NCBI GenBank assembly: GCA_049700835.1
Contig: JBNAUL010000002.1
Span: 208,275 to 272,274 of the forward strand
Direction: 5' to 3'
From: Candidatus Woesearchaeota archaeon
GTDB lineage: Archaea > Nanobdellota > Nanobdellia > Woesearchaeales > WAPY01
Length of the DNA: 64,000 nt
Each line of letters starts with the position of its first letter. Position 1 is the first letter of the stretch. The position numbers were made by a program, and so were the translations under genes. The notes beneath the pieces were generated by a model. The model made no database searches. It had not been told where the DNA came from and worked only from the letters and a program-made list of their open reading frames with translations. Below, piece by piece: positions 42,747-51,703 of the stretch.

Positions 42747-44261
42747 ATGGCATCAAAAAATCAGGAAAAAGACCAAGAAGAATTCATCAATAAGTTATTC
42801 CAAGAATTTAAGATAATTGCTGTTGTGTGCAATCAATGGGGCGATACTGGTAAGGGAAAGATTGTTGATTTGTTCAGCAAGGAAGCAAATGTTGTGATAA
42901 GAGGCAACGGTGGAAGCAATGCAGGCCATACTATAAAAGTAGGTAATAAAGAAATAGTATTGCATCTGATTCCTTCAGGCATACTCCATGAAAACAAGTT
43001 GAACATCATTGGGAGAGGAGTTGCAGTTGAACTTGAAGAATTGGTGAATGAAATTGAATATCTAAAAAACAACGGCATAGATGTTAATAAAAAAAATTTA
43101 ATGATTGATGGGAATGCAAAGATTGTTCTTCCATGGCATAAATTCTTGGACTCTTTTTCAGAACTAAGCAGGAAGATTGGAACCACAAAGAAAGGCATAG
43201 GTTACTGCATTGCAGACCATTATTTGAGGATAGGGCTTACTGTAAATGATTTGTACTCAAGCAATTTAGAGGAAAAATTGAGGGATAACTTTGAGCATCA
43301 CAGAGCAAAGATTTCAGAAATACGGGCCAAAATTGGAAGTGAGGAAATGCGAGATTTCTTTGAGAATAAGAGCAAAAATGATTTTTATGATGAAAAAGAA
43401 TTATTCAGCACAAAGAAAGTTTCAAGAAAGCTAAGAAGTATTGGAGATGCAGTTAGGGATTTTGTTGGAAAGACAGAGAACGCTTTTTCAGAGAAAAAGA
43501 AAATTTTATTGGAAGGCGCTCAGGGCTTATTGCTTAGCGTTGATTACGGAACAACCCTTTCAAAGACAAGTTCTGAAACATCGTATGTTGGATTAGCAAA
43601 CGGCTGTTCATTAAACCCGAATGATGTTGGATTTGTGATAGGCATTGTCAAAGCTTACATGACAAGGGTTGGCAATGGCCCTTTCCCTACCGAGTTTGGC
43701 TCTAAAAAATCAGAAGATTACTGCTCTGTTGCTAAAAAAGAAGATGAAGAAAAATTGGCTCTCGATGAATTAAATTTGGAAGACGAATTTGAATTCGGAA
43801 TCTACATAAGGAAAAAAGGAAACGAGTATGGAGCTACTACTGCGAGGCCGAGAAGAACAGGATGGCTTGATTTAGTTGCTTTAAATTATGCTGTTAATTA
43901 CAACGGACCTTACATAGTAATAACAAAAGCTGATATCCTATCAAACCTGAAAGAAATAAAAACCTGCATTTACTACACTTACATAGGAGAGGAAAGATTT
44001 TATAATGGAAATGAAATAAAAAAGAACGATGTTTTTAAAGAATTCATACTTGAATCCGATATTTTAAGGGAGTGCGTTCCTAATTACAAAATTTTTAAGG
44101 GATGGAGCAAGGATATTTCAAAAATTTCAAATAAGAAAGAAATTCCAAAGGAACTAAATGAATTTTTAGAATTCATTAAAGAATTTTCAGGTGCAAGAAT
44201 AATTATGCTCTCTCTTTCTCCTGAAAGATACAACAATGTTATATATGAAAATTTATTCTAA
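42747..44261 (+). CDS. purA: Adenylosuccinate synthetase
   Basis: QWGDTGKGKIVD (P-loop GDEGKGK variant), GGSNAGHTI, and the later TTKKGIG and GATTARPRRTGW blocks. At 506 aa it is longer than typical PurA and appears to carry insertions. The start was moved to the ATG at 42747. Confidence 0.85.
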   Translation: MASKNQEKDQEEFINKLFQEFKIIAVVCNQWGDTGKGKIVDLFSKEANVVIRGNGGSNAGHTIKVGNKEIVLHLIPSGILHENKLNIIGRGVAVELEELVNEIEYLKNNGIDVNKKNLMIDGNAKIVLPWHKFLDSFSELSRKIGTTKKGIGYCIADHYLRIGLTVNDLYSSNLEEKLRDNFEHHRAKISEIRAKIGSEEMRDFFENKSKNDFYDEKELFSTKKVSRKLRSIGDAVRDFVGKTENAFSEKKKILLEGAQGLLLSVDYGTTLSKTSSETSYVGLANGCSLNPNDVGFVIGIVKAYMTRVGNGPFPTEFGSKKSEDYCSVAKKEDEEKLALDELNLEDEFEFGIYIRKKGNEYGATTARPRRTGWLDLVALNYAVNYNGPYIVITKADILSNLKEIKTCIYYTYIGEERFYNGNEIKKNDVFKEFILESDILRECVPNYKIFKGWSKDISKISNKKEIPKELNEFLEFIKEFSGARIIMLSLSPERYNNVIYENLF

Positions 44262-44301
44262 AAAACAAACATTTATAAAAAGAAAAATTCTCTTTTTAAG
44301 C

Positions 44302-44826
44302 ATGAAAAAGGAAGTTGTTCTAAAGATTAAAAGATTGGACAAAGGACTTGAAATTCCTAAATACATAAACGAAACAGATGCAGGGCTTGATTTAAGGGCA
44401 GCAAAAGATGTAGTGATAAAACCTCATGAACAAAAAACAGTTAATTGCGGAATTGTCATTGAAATTCCAGAAGGCTGTGTTGGGTATCTAAAAGACAGGG
44501 CAGGAATTGTTACTAAAATGAATGTCCATGTAGTTGCAGGAACAATAGACTCTGGCTATAGAGGAGAGGTTTCTGTTGTCCTCTTCAATTTAGGAGAAAG
44601 GGAAGCAATGATTGAAAGAGGAATGAGAATTGCTCAAATGATAATAATACCTGTAATAAGGGTTAAAATTCAAGAGATTGACAGCGTAAGTAAGACAAAG
44701 AGGAGCAACAGGGGATTTGGAAGTACAGGAATTAAGGAAATAAGCAGCGAGAAATTTGAAGAGGTTGAAACAGAATTGAATAAACTCTACGAAGAAGGTA
44801 TTAAGAACAGCAAGTTGCGTAAGTAG
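44302..44826 (+). CDS. dut: dUTP diphosphatase (dUTPase)
   Basis: DAGLDLRA, GTIDSGYRGEVSVVLFN, RIAQMII and C-terminal NRGFGSTG are the five dUTPase motifs. The start was chosen at the ATG at 44302 (MKKEVVLKIKRL); the track start overlaps purA. Confidence 0.8.
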   Translation: MKKEVVLKIKRLDKGLEIPKYINETDAGLDLRAAKDVVIKPHEQKTVNCGIVIEIPEGCVGYLKDRAGIVTKMNVHVVAGTIDSGYRGEVSVVLFNLGEREAMIERGMRIAQMIIIPVIRVKIQEIDSVSKTKRSNRGFGSTGIKEISSEKFEEVETELNKLYEEGIKNSKLRK

Positions 44827-44988
44827 GACAGAGCATAAAAATCTTAAAAGAAAAAAACAAGGTTGCATGAAAAAGCAGTCAATGAACCTTTAAAGCATAA
44901 ATCAGTTTATTTAACAAAAAGTGTTCTCAAAAAAATTTAATCAATTCTCAATGGAAAAATTTAAATAGTGCTTCTAAACACTTTCAGA

Positions 44989-45183
44989 GGCATGGGAAGA
45001 ATAAAAACAGCGATGATTAAAAGAATCAGTGAAGAAATATATGAAAAGTATAAGGAAAAGGTAAGCAAAGATTACGAACAGAACAAGTTACTAGTAGAAA
45101 GTTTGATAAGCAACAATTCAAAAAAGCTTAGAAACACAATAGCAGGCTATGTTACAAGGCTAGCAAAGAAAGGAGAAATATAA
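44989..45183 (+). CDS. rps17e: 30S ribosomal protein S17e
   Basis: MGRIKTAMIKRISEEIYEKY matches the S17e N-terminus (MGxIRTxxVKRxA.E.). Confidence 0.8.
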   Translation, partial: GMGRIKTAMIKRISEEIYEKYKEKVSKDYEQNKLLVESLISNNSKKLRNTIAGYVTRLAKKGEI

Positions 45184-45224
45184 AAAAATTAGAAAAGACA
45201 AAAAGAACAAGGAGGGTGGTTTAA

Positions 45225-45506
45225 ATGGCAGCAGACAACTCAATATTTGTCGGCAACAAACCGTTTATGAACTATGTAACAGCAGTTGTGATGCAATTCA
45301 CAACAAAGAATGTGCCTGAAGTGACAGTAAAGGCAAGAGGAAAGTTTATCAGCAGAGCTGTAGATGTCGCAGAGGTTGCAATGAAAAGGTTCTTGAACAA
45401 CCAAGTGAAGGTGAAAGAGATAAAGATTGACTCAGAAGAGTTTGAGAACAAGGAAGGAAAACAGGTAAGGGTTTCAACAATCGATATAACCCTTTCAAAG
45501 AAATAA
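45225..45506 (+). CDS. alba: Chromatin/RNA-binding protein Alba
   Basis: SIFVGNKPFMNYVTAVVMQF...KARGKFISRAVDVAEV...RVSTIDITL matches the Alba core. Confidence 0.8.
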   Translation: MAADNSIFVGNKPFMNYVTAVVMQFTTKNVPEVTVKARGKFISRAVDVAEVAMKRFLNNQVKVKEIKIDSEEFENKEGKQVRVSTIDITLSKK

Positions 45507-45618
45507 AATCAGATTTTGCATTTTTCTTTTTATTTATTTTTAATTTGATTTCTTAAATTTTATGAATAATTTTAAATACTTCTAATAATAAAATCATCTA
45601 ATCAATTTTGCTAATTTT

Positions 45619-45691
45619 GGGCCTGTAGCATAATCAGGAAGTGCATCCGGCTTCGGACCGGACTATCAGGGTTCAAATCCCTGCAGGCCCG
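45619..45691 (+). tRNA. tRNA-Arg (anticodon TCG)
   Basis: GGGCCTG-TA-GCA..TGC-A-TCCGG-CTTCGGA-CCGGA-CTAT-CAGGG-TTCAAAT-CCCTG-CAGGCCC-G. Confidence 0.75.
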
Positions 45692-45806
45692 TAAAGGGAC
45701 TGCAGACCAGGAATGACTAAAAGGAATGACGCTGCCTGCAGGCCCGTAAAGGGACTGCAGACCAGGAATGACTAAAAGGAATGACGCTGCCTGCAGGCCC
45801 GTAAGG
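45680..45806 (+). repeat. Tandem 55-bp direct repeats (2 full copies plus a ~17-bp third) that begin with the last 12 nt of tRNA-Arg (CCTGCAGGCCCG)
   Basis: The unit CCTGCAGGCCCGTAAAGGGACTGCAGACCAGGAATGACTAAAAGGAATGACGCTG is at 45680-45734 and repeats exactly at 45735-45789. A partial copy CCTGCAGGCCCGTAAGG is at 45790-45806. Each unit can fold CTGCAGGCCC-gtaaa-GGGaCTGCAG. Confidence 0.7.
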
Positions 45807-45947
45807 AATTGGAGACTAATAATGAGTGAAATTTAAAATAATAAAAAATTAGAAAAATTAATATACCATTTATTTTAGTTTTTTTAAATAATAATATTTT
45901 ATAGTACAATTAATTTATTACATAGGTATAGTTTATTTATGATTTAT

Positions 45948-46020
45948 GGCGGTAGTGGCGTAATGGTTAGCGTGGAGGCCTGTGGAGCCTCAGGAGGGGG
46001 TTCGATTCCCCCCTACCGCC
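45948..46020 (+). tRNA. tRNA-His (anticodon GTG) with genomically encoded G-1 opposite C73
   Basis: G(-1)-GCGGTAG-TG-GCGT..GCGT-G-GAGGC-CTGTGGA-GCCTC-AGGA-GGGGG-TTCGATT-CCCCC-CTACCGC-C. Confidence 0.75.
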
Positions 46021-46626
46021 CTAATAATTAAAATTGTATCTGCTCTTATTGTTGAAGAATGTTTTTTTGATAACAAGTTCTCCTTCCAATCTTATAGAAT
46101 ATTCGTGCTTAATTCCTATGTTTTGATCCTTGTCTGAGAAAACAAAATAGAGAATGTTTCTCTTTAAAGAGTATCCAAAACCGCTAACATTGGTTTCAAG
46201 CCCATTTTCTTCAAGCGCTTTGTTTGTTATTCTTGCAATTTCCTTTTCAAGCGTCAAGATTGTTTGCTTCAAAATCTTTGATATTATTACTTCAATATGC
46301 TCTGCTGAATTTCTATCATTGATCAAGCTCTCCAAGTTAAAATGAGGAATCTTGTTTTGAGTTATCATTTCATTGCTCTTTAATGAAATCTCTTCTTTTA
46401 TTTCTTTTTTTTCATCAAGAAGTTTTTTATGATATTCAATGAATTTGTTTGGAATTGCCTGCATTCCTTTAACAACAGCATAATACTGAAAAGAATTATT
46501 TATTTGAGTTTTGATTATTGGAACTCTTGAATTAAAATAAATTTCATTTGGTTTTTTAAAATTATATTCTATGCTCAAACCCTTGTTTTGATTAACTTCT
46601 TCCATGGAAGCAGTATTATTAAACAA
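46021..46626 (-). CDS. Hypothetical protein
   Basis: 201-aa ORF immediately after tRNA-His. No recognised motifs. Confidence 0.35.
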   Translation of the reverse strand: MFNNTASMEEVNQNKGLSIEYNFKKPNEIYFNSRVPIIKTQINNSFQYYAVVKGMQAIPNKFIEYHKKLLDEKKEIKEEISLKSNEMITQNKIPHFNLESLINDRNSAEHIEVIISKILKQTILTLEKEIARITNKALEENGLETNVSGFGYSLKRNILYFVFSDKDQNIGIKHEYSIRLEGELVIKKTFFNNKSRYNFNY

Positions 46627-46651
46627 TTATAAAAATTTTTTGAAATTCAAA

Positions 46652-48016
46652 TCAAAAATCATTTCTTGCAATCTTATCAGCAATTCCATAGTAATCCTTT
46701 GGGTCTAATTTTAAAAAATCATCTTCTATGTTTTGTGGCAGATTGAGTTTTTTTATAATATTCCTAAATTCTTCAATGTTCATTTTCCTGCCTTGAACTT
46801 CTTGTCTAAGAATTTCATAAGCATTCTCATAACCTAATGTTCTTAGTTTTGTTTGAACTGCTTCTGCTAAAATCTCTGCGTGCTCGTTAAGTTCAGAACT
46901 AATTTTTTCTTTGTCAACATCTATTTTTTCCAAACCAAAAATTATTTTTTTATAAGCCAAGAGAGAATGCCCGTAAGCAACTCCATAGTTTCTCTTAACT
47001 GTTGAATCTGATAAATCCCTTTGATATCTTGAAATAACAATTTTGTTGGAAAATAAATCGAACAATGCATTGGAAGTTTGAAGATTTCCTTCAGCATTTT
47101 CAAAATCAATTGGGTTTATTTTGTGAGGCATAACTGAAGAGCCAATCTCATTTTTGTTTTTTAGCATTAAATAATCAATCGAGATGTAATTCCAAATATT
47201 TTGTGAAAAATCAATTAGAATGGTGTTTATTCTAATAATGTTTTGAAACAATTCTGCTTGCCAATCATTAGGTTCTTTTTGAGTTGAGAAAGGATTAAAC
47301 TTAAAATTAAACTTAATAACAAATTCCTTTGCTAATTCAATCCAATTTAAATCAGGAATAGCGTAGTAAAAAGAATTAAAGTTTCCTGTGCTTCCTGAGA
47401 ACTTAACAAAATATTCTTGATTTTCAAGCTTGATTTTTTGAGTTTTTAATCTTTCACAATAATTCCTAAATTCTTTGCCAAGGGTTGTTGGAGAAGCAAC
47501 TTGGCCATGAGTTCTTGAAAGCATAACTATGCTTGAATACATTTCTGCAAAATCATTAAGTTTTTCTATGATTAGTTCTAAGTTTTCTGATAAAATTTTA
47601 TTTCCCTTTCTAAGCATGCTCGCAATTGCCAAATTATCAACATCCTCAGAAGTTATTCCAAAATGAATAAAAGCATAAAGTTCATCAGGGTAATCTTTAA
47701 TCTTTTCTTTTAAATTAATTCTCAAAGCAAGTTCTATTGCCTTAACATCGTGGTTTGTGGGTTTTATGTTCTTATAACCGTTTGTTTCAATCTGCTTAAC
47801 AAGATTGTAATCAACATCTATTTCCTTAATTCTATCAATTAGTTCTTTTTTGCGATCGTCGTTTAAATTCAATGTTTTTATTATTTCTTTTTCCAACAGA
47901 AAAATCAGCCATTCCTTCTCATAAAAAATTCTCTCTTTAACATAATTACTTTCACTAAAAATAGTGTCAAGTTCTTTAACTAATTCATAATACCTGTCAT
48001 CTAATGGAGAGAGCAT
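46652..48016 (-). CDS. purB: Adenylosuccinate lyase
   Basis: N-terminal SPLDDRY and the fumarate-lyase signature GSSVMPHKINP. Confidence 0.85.
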   Translation of the reverse strand: MLSPLDDRYYELVKELDTIFSESNYVKERIFYEKEWLIFLLEKEIIKTLNLNDDRKKELIDRIKEIDVDYNLVKQIETNGYKNIKPTNHDVKAIELALRINLKEKIKDYPDELYAFIHFGITSEDVDNLAIASMLRKGNKILSENLELIIEKLNDFAEMYSSIVMLSRTHGQVASPTTLGKEFRNYCERLKTQKIKLENQEYFVKFSGSTGNFNSFYYAIPDLNWIELAKEFVIKFNFKFNPFSTQKEPNDWQAELFQNIIRINTILIDFSQNIWNYISIDYLMLKNKNEIGSSVMPHKINPIDFENAEGNLQTSNALFDLFSNKIVISRYQRDLSDSTVKRNYGVAYGHSLLAYKKIIFGLEKIDVDKEKISSELNEHAEILAEAVQTKLRTLGYENAYEILRQEVQGRKMNIEEFRNIIKKLNLPQNIEDDFLKLDPKDYYGIADKIARNDF

Positions 48017-48049
48017 TTTAAAACAAAAAATATTTTATTTATTTTGAAT

Positions 48050-51000
48050 TTATCTAACACTTACTGTTGCTAATGTTGAAGTTGTAGTTCTATTAAAATA
48101 GTCTTTTATTGTGAAATAATAATTAATCTTTGTTTTTTGAGAAACTTCTGATAGGTTAATTGTTACTGAACATGTTTTTGAATTTCCTGAAAGGCATGTT
48201 GAATTAAAATTATATGATTTCCAATCATCATTTCCTATTTTATAATAAAACATCGCTTCTTTAACATAACTTTCTGAATAACTTACGGTAAAATTTGTTG
48301 GAGCTTTATAAACTGTTGTTCCTGACTTAGGGGCTGTATAGTAAATGTATGGTTTGCTTGAATCAATTGTAAAACTTATTAATTCTTCACTTGGATTTCC
48401 TAAGCTATCATAAGCCCTTATTTTTAAGTTGTTAAGGCTTTCAACAAAAGTTAAATATCCAATATAAGAATTACAATAACTGCATAAAGTATTCCAACGA
48501 TAATTGTTCAATGAGTATTCTATTCTTAATGCTTTTTCACCAACAGTTATGTTTACTGGTAATCTTAAATTATTATAGATTGTATTGTTTTCTGGATTGT
48601 TAATTGTTATGCTAGGGCCAGTAGTGTCCACACTAAAGTACCAAATCGTTTCATTGTAGAATCCTAAACTATCTACCAATTTCAAGTACAACTCGTATCT
48701 TCCATCGCTAAGTTCCTCATCAGGCCAATAATCAAAGTAAAAATTGCTAAAAGAAGAGTTTAAAGTAATATCTTTTCCATTCAATTTTGCAACGCATGCG
48801 TTTTTATAAATACTTGTATTATTATTTGATGTTTCATAAGCAGCCCATATGTGTGGTTTTTTATTGTTTATAATAGAATTATTCATTGGTCTAAAAGTCT
48901 TTATTTTTGGAGAAAAACCTTCATCAACTTTACCATCACAATTATCATCAATACCGTTATAAATTTCTGTAGCATTAGGATTGATTGAAGTATTTTCATC
49001 ATTACAATCACCGCTTGCCAAAGCCCTATATTTTCCATAAGCACTGCAATAGCATCTTGAATCAGTTATTCCAAAATAATCCTTGTCATTATCATAATAA
49101 TAATTAATGCAGTTCAAAGCATTCCTTTCATTAATCTTTCCATTGCAGTTATCATCATAAGTAGTTAAGCAGTCCTCAATCATTCCTGGATTAACAGTAG
49201 CATTATCATCATTACAATCATTTCCAACAGGACACTCTGAAGTTAAAGCATAATAACCATCATTGTCATTGTCTGTGCAGTTATAACCAACAGCAATCTG
49301 TTTTCTACAGGTTTCTCCAAACCAAACAACTCCTTCCCTCAGCATCTGCCAATCAAAATTATAAGTTCCGTTAGTTAAAGGAGCAGTAACTTGAAAACTG
49401 AATTTATGCTCTCCTAAAAATCCAACAGAATCAGAGTCAGAAAGTTCTATTCTGTTTAAACTCCAATTAGTGTTGTCCTGAGGATTTTGAGAGCCGAGCT
49501 TATAGTTTTCTGCTTTTGTCCAAGTATTAACTCCAAAGTTTTTCATCTTAACATAAGCTGTGTAATTTCTGCCAATTATCATTTCAGAAGTAACATTTAT
49601 TTTTAAGCATAAGGCATCATTATCTTTAAGCCAAGGTTCATAATCGATAAAGTCGGTGACATTATTTCCTGAACCATTGTGATTATAGAGTCCTCCTGAG
49701 GTTCTATCATCAGAATCATCCTTAGGGCCTAAAGGACTTCCCCACCAATTGTATTCTGCATTTAAAACATTGGAATAATTATTTTTTAGATTAACCCCTC
49801 CATTAGAATTATTTGTTATGTTATTATAATTCACAACGATGTTCTTTCCATCAAGTGTCTGATTTGAGAACAATCCGACATAATTATTATAAACATTGTT
49901 GAACAAAACACTAACATTATTGGAGTCTGCCCTGTTTGGATAGGAGTTGAATGCAATTCCTGCTCCTAAAGAATAACCATAAACAGTATTGTTTCTTATA
50001 ATGGTATTATAGAATTGTCCTCCAATTCCAGCACCATAAACACTTGCACTTCCTATAACCTCGTTTTCTTCAATAATGCTGTTCTTTTGATAGCCAGTAA
50101 TTCCGAATTTAGAATTTTCAATTTTGTTGTATCTCATTGTTGCCTTTGTTATAACTCCATCTGTTTCTAAATGAGTGTTATTATCATCTCCTGCTGTTAT
50201 CCCGCTTGTTCCTGCTCCTTTTACATAATTATACTCGACAATTGCATTTTTAGCCCTCCAAAGATTAATGCCATCAACTGTTGAATTTTCAATTATATTA
50301 TTCCTAATAATAACGTTGTTTGTAAAATCAGTAACATGTATTGCCTTGTAAGGATTAGAATTCGCTGAAATTTTAAAACCATTAATTACTACCTGTCCAG
50401 AACCTGCTCTTATTTGTATTGTTCCATTTGTATTAGACGAAAGTATTACTGATTCTTGAGCAGTGTTTCTTGTTCTTGCATCAACCCCTGCCTGTGCTCC
50501 TCTTAAAGTTAATGGTTTTGTTATTGTTAAGTTTTCACTATAATTTCCTACTCTTACATTTATAGTGTTTCCAGCAGTAGAAGCATCTATTGCTGATTGA
50601 ATCTTCATTCCAGGACCAACATAATAAACATCATAATCTGTTAGAGGAACTTGAGTTGGAACTTTGTTAACAACAGCATCTACAGCTCCTAATGAAACTG
50701 CTAATGAAGCATTATTCAATGCAGAAGTTAATGTTGGATAAAAAACAATTACATGAGGTTTTATTGATGGAAACCTTACAATATACTTAAAATCGTTTGA
50801 AACATTAAGGTTTGTTATTGGATAATCACTTCCTACTGAATAATTTGATGTTTCTATGTAAAAAGGAATTATTTCTGAAAAACTGTTTGTCCCTTTTAAT
50901 GTAATATTATCACACCCTCCAGCATAGTATTGGCCTGAAGTGAATACTGCAAGTCCAGACCAATTATTATTATTTGTGATTATGTTTTCCAAAACAAAAT

Positions 51001-51544
51001 TTTTTGAATCAGTAATTCCAATTCCTGTTCCATTGTTATAATAAGCTTGAATGTTTTCAAGTAGCACATCATTGCAGCCATTAAAGTTTATTCCACTCCT
51101 TCCAGAATTCTTAACAACAACATCCTTAATCTGAATGTTAGAAGCTCCTGAGACAAAAATACCATAACCATCTGTATGATTTAAAGGCCCTATCATGGTA
51201 AAATTGCTTAGAACAACATTGTTTGTATTATAAATTTCTATTCCATAGCCAGAACTTATTGAACTTGCATTTATAATAACGCTGTTTTTATTAACACCAG
51301 CCAAAGTTATTTTCTTATTAATGTATAAAGTGTTGCTTAAATAGTAAATTCCAGAATTCACGATTATTGTATCACCATCAGCTACCTGTGTTAAAGCATA
51401 TTGTATTGTTTTGCAAGGATTCGAAACATTAGAACAATCGCCAGAATCTGTTCCTGTTACATTAACATATTTTGTTGTTGCAAAAACATTTGAAGTAAAA
51501 AACAATAGAACTAACAAGCATATTAAGAAATTCTTTTTCATCAA
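48050..51544 (-). CDS. Very large secreted protein (1164 aa) with a signal peptide, multiple right-handed parallel beta-helix repeats, heavy N-glycosylation potential, and MopE-like Cys/Asp-rich metal-binding motifs
   Basis: N-terminal MMKKNFLICLLVLLFFTSNVFA. Repeated N-x-(I/V)-x-x-N beta-helix rungs. More than 60 NxS/T sequons. Cys motifs such as CTDNDNDGYY...CPVGNDCNDDNATVNPG..EDC and DCNDENTSINPNATEIYNGIDDNCDGKVDEG resemble the DCxDxxxxxxPG..E.CDG.DNDCDG..DE motif. Confidence 0.6.
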   Translation of the reverse strand: MMKKNFLICLLVLLFFTSNVFATTKYVNVTGTDSGDCSNVSNPCKTIQYALTQVADGDTIIVNSGIYYLSNTLYINKKITLAGVNKNSVIINASSISSGYGIEIYNTNNVVLSNFTMIGPLNHTDGYGIFVSGASNIQIKDVVVKNSGRSGINFNGCNDVLLENIQAYYNNGTGIGITDSKNFVLENIITNNNNWSGLAVFTSGQYYAGGCDNITLKGTNSFSEIIPFYIETSNYSVGSDYPITNLNVSNDFKYIVRFPSIKPHVIVFYPTLTSALNNASLAVSLGAVDAVVNKVPTQVPLTDYDVYYVGPGMKIQSAIDASTAGNTINVRVGNYSENLTITKPLTLRGAQAGVDARTRNTAQESVILSSNTNGTIQIRAGSGQVVINGFKISANSNPYKAIHVTDFTNNVIIRNNIIENSTVDGINLWRAKNAIVEYNYVKGAGTSGITAGDDNNTHLETDGVITKATMRYNKIENSKFGITGYQKNSIIEENEVIGSASVYGAGIGGQFYNTIIRNNTVYGYSLGAGIAFNSYPNRADSNNVSVLFNNVYNNYVGLFSNQTLDGKNIVVNYNNITNNSNGGVNLKNNYSNVLNAEYNWWGSPLGPKDDSDDRTSGGLYNHNGSGNNVTDFIDYEPWLKDNDALCLKINVTSEMIIGRNYTAYVKMKNFGVNTWTKAENYKLGSQNPQDNTNWSLNRIELSDSDSVGFLGEHKFSFQVTAPLTNGTYNFDWQMLREGVVWFGETCRKQIAVGYNCTDNDNDGYYALTSECPVGNDCNDDNATVNPGMIEDCLTTYDDNCNGKINERNALNCINYYYDNDKDYFGITDSRCYCSAYGKYRALASGDCNDENTSINPNATEIYNGIDDNCDGKVDEGFSPKIKTFRPMNNSIINNKKPHIWAAYETSNNNTSIYKNACVAKLNGKDITLNSSFSNFYFDYWPDEELSDGRYELYLKLVDSLGFYNETIWYFSVDTTGPSITINNPENNTIYNNLRLPVNITVGEKALRIEYSLNNYRWNTLCSYCNSYIGYLTFVESLNNLKIRAYDSLGNPSEELISFTIDSSKPYIYYTAPKSGTTVYKAPTNFTVSYSESYVKEAMFYYKIGNDDWKSYNFNSTCLSGNSKTCSVTINLSEVSQKTKINYYFTIKDYFNRTTTSTLATVSVR

Positions 51545-51703
51545 AACACCCCTGCTTTTTTCTAAATGCGCTCCTAAACTCTTAAAATATTTAAACTTTT
51601 CTGTATTTCTTTATTACCAAGTGGTTATAATTTAGTCAGAATTTCAAATTTTTGAGAAAAATATTTAAACAGAAAAGATTGTTTTTCTTTAGGGGTGGTT
51701 TAA

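Noticed and set aside
45680-45806. Possible CRISPR array suggested by the tandem direct repeats near tRNA-Arg
   Set aside because: Only 2.5 copies of a 55-bp unit with no unique spacers between them. The repeats are contiguous and begin with the tRNA 3' end, and there are no cas genes.
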